Shown in pieces: positions 34,633-37,695 of a DNA stretch of 37,695 nt; the first letter of the stretch is position 1; each line of letters begins with the position of its first letter. The stretch comes from a virus. Its lineage: Duplodnaviria > Caudoviricetes. Both the position numbers and the translations under genes were made by a program. The stretch is from positions 1 through 37,695 of IMG/VR virus record IMGVR_UViG_3300025066_001543; one strand, written 5' to 3'. Under the pieces are notes generated by a model that ran no database searches, was not told the DNA's origin, and saw only the letters and a list, made by a program, of their open reading frames with translations.

Positions 34633-35091
34633 ATGCAAGAAGAAACAAAAATAAATTGTCCTAACTGTAATTCACCTAATTGTTTTGAACAAGAATTACA
34701 AGGTCTAATGAATTATTTATGTATAGGTTGTGGATTTACTAGTAACGGTAATTTCGACCCAGAGAGTGAATTTACACAAGATGTAGAATTAGGTAATCCA
34801 CAAATTGTTAACGCTCTTAAGTTTTACGATAAGGACAGAAACTTAAATTGGTACCCGTCAGTCATTAACACCACAAATGGAATGATATTTCCTGAAGGAG
34901 ATTTTAAAGACTGGGAATGGAAGTTTGCCCCAATAGTTAAAATGGATGAAGAGGAAAAAAAGCAATATCCAATACTCGGTCAACCCGGAGAATTTTACGA
35001 AACTAGATTAGGTGTTGAATTAGCGCAAACATTTGATAAAACTAATTTTCAAGGAGCACTATCCGCTATGGGTGCAGTTAAGGAAAACTAA
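34633..35091 (+). CDS. Hypothetical protein with N-terminal zinc ribbon
   Basis: CPNC...CIGCGF. Confidence 0.75.
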   Translation: MQEETKINCPNCNSPNCFEQELQGLMNYLCIGCGFTSNGNFDPESEFTQDVELGNPQIVNALKFYDKDRNLNWYPSVINTTNGMIFPEGDFKDWEWKFAPIVKMDEEEKKQYPILGQPGEFYETRLGVELAQTFDKTNFQGALSAMGAVKEN

Positions 35092-35565
35092 ATGGCTAAT
35101 TTTCAACCGTCATACATGAATAAGTACTATAAACCTACTGACTTTACGTTTATAACTAAAGGTCAAATTGAAAGGGGAATGGTACTGGAAATGGATTACG
35201 TAAAACAACATCCAAAAAAAGGAGAGAAAGCCGGGGGCTTATATTTTATATTAGTGTTAGATGTAAACTATATGGGTGGTAGTAAGGGATGGGCCGTGCA
35301 CGCATTAAATTTAAAAGAGATCAAGCCATCTATATTCGATCAGATAGTACAGAAATCAAAGGCAGGTACAATAACAGAAAATTTTAGAGGAAGAGAGTTC
35401 GCACGATTGGGATTTACAAAAACACCTAGACAACAATATATGTCCGAACTTAAAACATTTATCAGGACGACCGCGAGAAATTCATACAGAACCTTTGATT
35501 ACTATAATGGAATTAAAACTCTTAAATTATATAATTTTAATTTTTACCCAAATGTTAAGCAATAA
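35092..35565 (+). CDS. Hypothetical protein
   Basis: 157-aa ORF abutting neighbours. Confidence 0.7.
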   Translation: MANFQPSYMNKYYKPTDFTFITKGQIERGMVLEMDYVKQHPKKGEKAGGLYFILVLDVNYMGGSKGWAVHALNLKEIKPSIFDQIVQKSKAGTITENFRGREFARLGFTKTPRQQYMSELKTFIRTTARNSYRTFDYYNGIKTLKLYNFNFYPNVKQ

Positions 35566-36181
35566 GAAAATAAGAATAAGTTACGCTATATTAGCATGTG
35601 TTGAATCAGTAGAGTTAGAGCAATTACTCCCTTTTCTAAAAAAATATAAAAGAGATGAAGATGAAATAGTTGTTTTATTAGACAACGAAACATATACCGC
35701 CTCCGTAGAGGAAGTTGCCAATAAGTATGCTGATAAGGTAGAATTTAGATCATTAGATAAAGATTTTGCATCTCAAAAGAATGAATTAATTAAGAGATGT
35801 AGTGGGGATTATATTTTTAACATAGATGCTGATGAATTGCCTCATACTAACCTAATGGAAAACCTACATACCCTCTTAGAAAAAAATTCTGAGGTTGATG
35901 TATTTTATGTCCCAAGAGTCAACACAGTAGCAGGTATTACAAATGAACATATACATGAATGGCGTTGGCACGTAAATGATAAGGGTTGGGTAAATTTTCC
36001 TGATCCACAAATGAGAATAATGAAAAACATTCCTTCAATAAGATGGGAAAATCCCGTGCATGAAATTTTGAGAGGTCATGGTACTTTCGTACATTTGCCT
36101 CACGAAGAGCAATGGTCAATATATCACCATAAGGATATAGACCGACAAGAAAAACAAAACGAATTTTACAGTAGGATATGA
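35552..36181 (+). CDS. GT-A (GT2-like) glycosyltransferase
   Basis: ISYAI, DEIVVL.D, DFASQKN, YIFNIDADE (DxD), VHE; ATG 35552 preferred. Confidence 0.88.
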   Translation: MLSNKKIRISYAILACVESVELEQLLPFLKKYKRDEDEIVVLLDNETYTASVEEVANKYADKVEFRSLDKDFASQKNELIKRCSGDYIFNIDADELPHTNLMENLHTLLEKNSEVDVFYVPRVNTVAGITNEHIHEWRWHVNDKGWVNFPDPQMRIMKNIPSIRWENPVHEILRGHGTFVHLPHEEQWSIYHHKDIDRQEKQNEFYSRI

Positions 36182-36867
36182 AAGCTGTGCAGGAAGAAAT
36201 ACAAGAATACAACGAATGGCGCAGTAAATGCAAAACACGAGGATTTTTCTGGGATACAGAGCGCTTTGTTTTGATAAACCATCTAATCAAGCACTTTAAT
36301 TATATAAATTATTTAGAGATAGGTGTCAATGATGCATCATGTATACGGAATGTTATAGCTCACCATAAAGATGGTGTTGACCCGGGTACAGAAGTGATTA
36401 ACCCCCCTGAGGTAAATTATCCTGTCACATCTGATGAGTTTTTTGAATTAATTAACAGTCACGATATTAAGTATGATCTTATTTTTATTGATGGGCTCCA
36501 CCATGACTATCAAGTTTATAAAGATATTAAGAATGCGCTAAAGCATATAACTGATACTGGTACTATTATGTGTCACGATATGAATCCTCAATGGGAAATA
36601 GTACAACGAAAACAGGTACCTACTACTGTTGGGTGTTGGAACGGTGACTGTTGGAAAGCTTGGGTAAAACTGCGTACTGAGTTAAGTGACTATACAATGC
36701 AAGTTGTTAATACTGATCACGGTATTGGTATTATACACCCAGGTAAACAAACTACTATTGATTTACCAAAAGATGCATTTGATTTAGATTTTTGGTTTTT
36801 ACATAAAAATAGAGAGGAATTATTAAATCTAATTTCAGTCGAACAATTTTACGCAGCGTATCATTAA
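36178..36867 (+). CDS. Class I SAM-dependent methyltransferase (Methyltransf_24-like)
   Basis: YLEIGV, GVDP, TSDEFF, DLIFIDGLH, G.IMCHD. Confidence 0.88.
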   Translation: MKAVQEEIQEYNEWRSKCKTRGFFWDTERFVLINHLIKHFNYINYLEIGVNDASCIRNVIAHHKDGVDPGTEVINPPEVNYPVTSDEFFELINSHDIKYDLIFIDGLHHDYQVYKDIKNALKHITDTGTIMCHDMNPQWEIVQRKQVPTTVGCWNGDCWKAWVKLRTELSDYTMQVVNTDHGIGIIHPGKQTTIDLPKDAFDLDFWFLHKNREELLNLISVEQFYAAYH

Positions 36868-37695
36868 GATAAAATTATATGAATTAGACAGGCATCGCAA
36901 CGAATGTGCTTTTAGACCATTTCTATGGGCCCAACATGCTTTAAACGAAATCGGTATTGAATTTACCAGTGGTGATTCATATGATTACGCATGGGTAGCT
37001 CAAGCATCTATTGTAAATAAAAAAATATCGCTGGGAGAATCAGTAAATAATGGTTTAGAGTTTCTATCAAATATTACCGGTGATTATATGATTATCGATG
37101 GTCAAGATTCTACATCTTTAATCGGTACATATGAAGTTTTCAAACAATCTAATGCTACATTAATGCTAAAGAACAGTCTTTTAAAAGATCGGTCTTTATA
37201 TAAAACAGGATTAGCAACAGGTCGATATTATTGGGGAGAAGGTGATTATGTATCACCGGATTTTGATGAATATTCAGATAGAATTGTGTTAAGTGGGGTT
37301 AATTGGTTAACTACTCATTGGACAGGTATTAATGTACAATGGTATGATTATTCTCAACCTAAACACTTTGATATATCAGCAATGTTTCAATATCCAATGG
37401 GTATAGATGTGTTTGAACATGATGTATTGCAAAGTACATATTATGATGATCATAGAAAACCTATGATAAATATTTTAGATAGAATGGATTATAATATAGC
37501 TAGGATTATAAACGGTCAGCGAGTACCTATCGAAGAATATTATAATCGTATTTCAAATGCTAGGATATTATTAGCACCTTTCGGTTACGGTGAAATGGCA
37601 CCGAGAGATCTTGAAGCAGCTATGTTCGGTTCAATATTAATAAAGCCAGACATGAGCTTTATAGATACTATACCTAACCCATATATAGATGGTGA
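36860..37695 (+). CDS. Partial glycosyltransferase-like ORF running off the window end; start uncertain
   Basis: Frame open from 36833 to the end; IIKIKLYELDRHRNE... and EEYYNRISNARILLAPFGYGEMAPRDLEAAMFGSILIKP resemble a GT-B C-terminal domain; first in-frame ATG is at 37088. Confidence 0.75.
   Translation, partial: MIKIKLYELDRHRNECAFRPFLWAQHALNEIGIEFTSGDSYDYAWVAQASIVNKKISLGESVNNGLEFLSNITGDYMIIDGQDSTSLIGTYEVFKQSNATLMLKNSLLKDRSLYKTGLATGRYYWGEGDYVSPDFDEYSDRIVLSGVNWLTTHWTGINVQWYDYSQPKHFDISAMFQYPMGIDVFEHDVLQSTYYDDHRKPMINILDRMDYNIARIINGQRVPIEEYYNRISNARILLAPFGYGEMAPRDLEAAMFGSILIKPDMSFIDTIPNPYIDG

Noticed and set aside
357-36290. Minus-strand ORFs in the track and nested plus-strand ORFs 31028-31255 and 32912-33094
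   Set aside because: They overlap well-supported + strand genes or promoter repeats, have no motifs, and look like shadow frames.
1-37695. Stop-codon reassignment
   Set aside because: Conserved genes are full length under the standard code, and TAA, TAG and TGA all occur at gene ends.
1-37695. Bacterial chromosome origin
   Set aside because: gp32-like SSB, PolB with clamp and loader, split groEL/groES and single-strand dense packing are typical of large phages.

Overview
AT-rich, gene-dense segment of a large dsDNA phage, with all credible genes on the + strand. The host is most likely in the Bacteroidota: there are Bacteroidetes-type TTG-N20-TAnnTTTA promoters, A-rich leaders without obvious Shine-Dalgarno sites, and a cargo protein with a T9SS-like C-terminal domain. 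In order, the window holds: (1) a T4-like replication/recombination block (gp32-like SSB, RecA/UvsX, 5'-3' exonuclease, DnaB/gp41 helicase, class II RNR); (2) a 1378-aa secreted PKD/FN3 protein; (3) small ORFs behind a repeated ~60-bp promoter module; (4) a ~540-nt ORF-free, densely base-paired region with its own promoter and a boxB/boxA-like leader, a candidate large ncRNA; (5) Hsp20; (6) a complete 7-deazaguanine pathway (FolE, QueD, QueE, QueC, QueF) with a TGT/DpdA-like protein, PurN-like formyltransferase, P-loop kinase, purine phosphoribosyltransferase and dUTPase-like enzyme, interrupted by GroEL and running into family-B DNA polymerase, clamp and clamp loader; (7) GroES, a Cas4/RecB-like nuclease, a SLOG protein and a small RHH regulator; (8) a glycosyltransferase/methyltransferase cluster that runs off the end. 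All calls come from motif recognition by eye; no searches were run.
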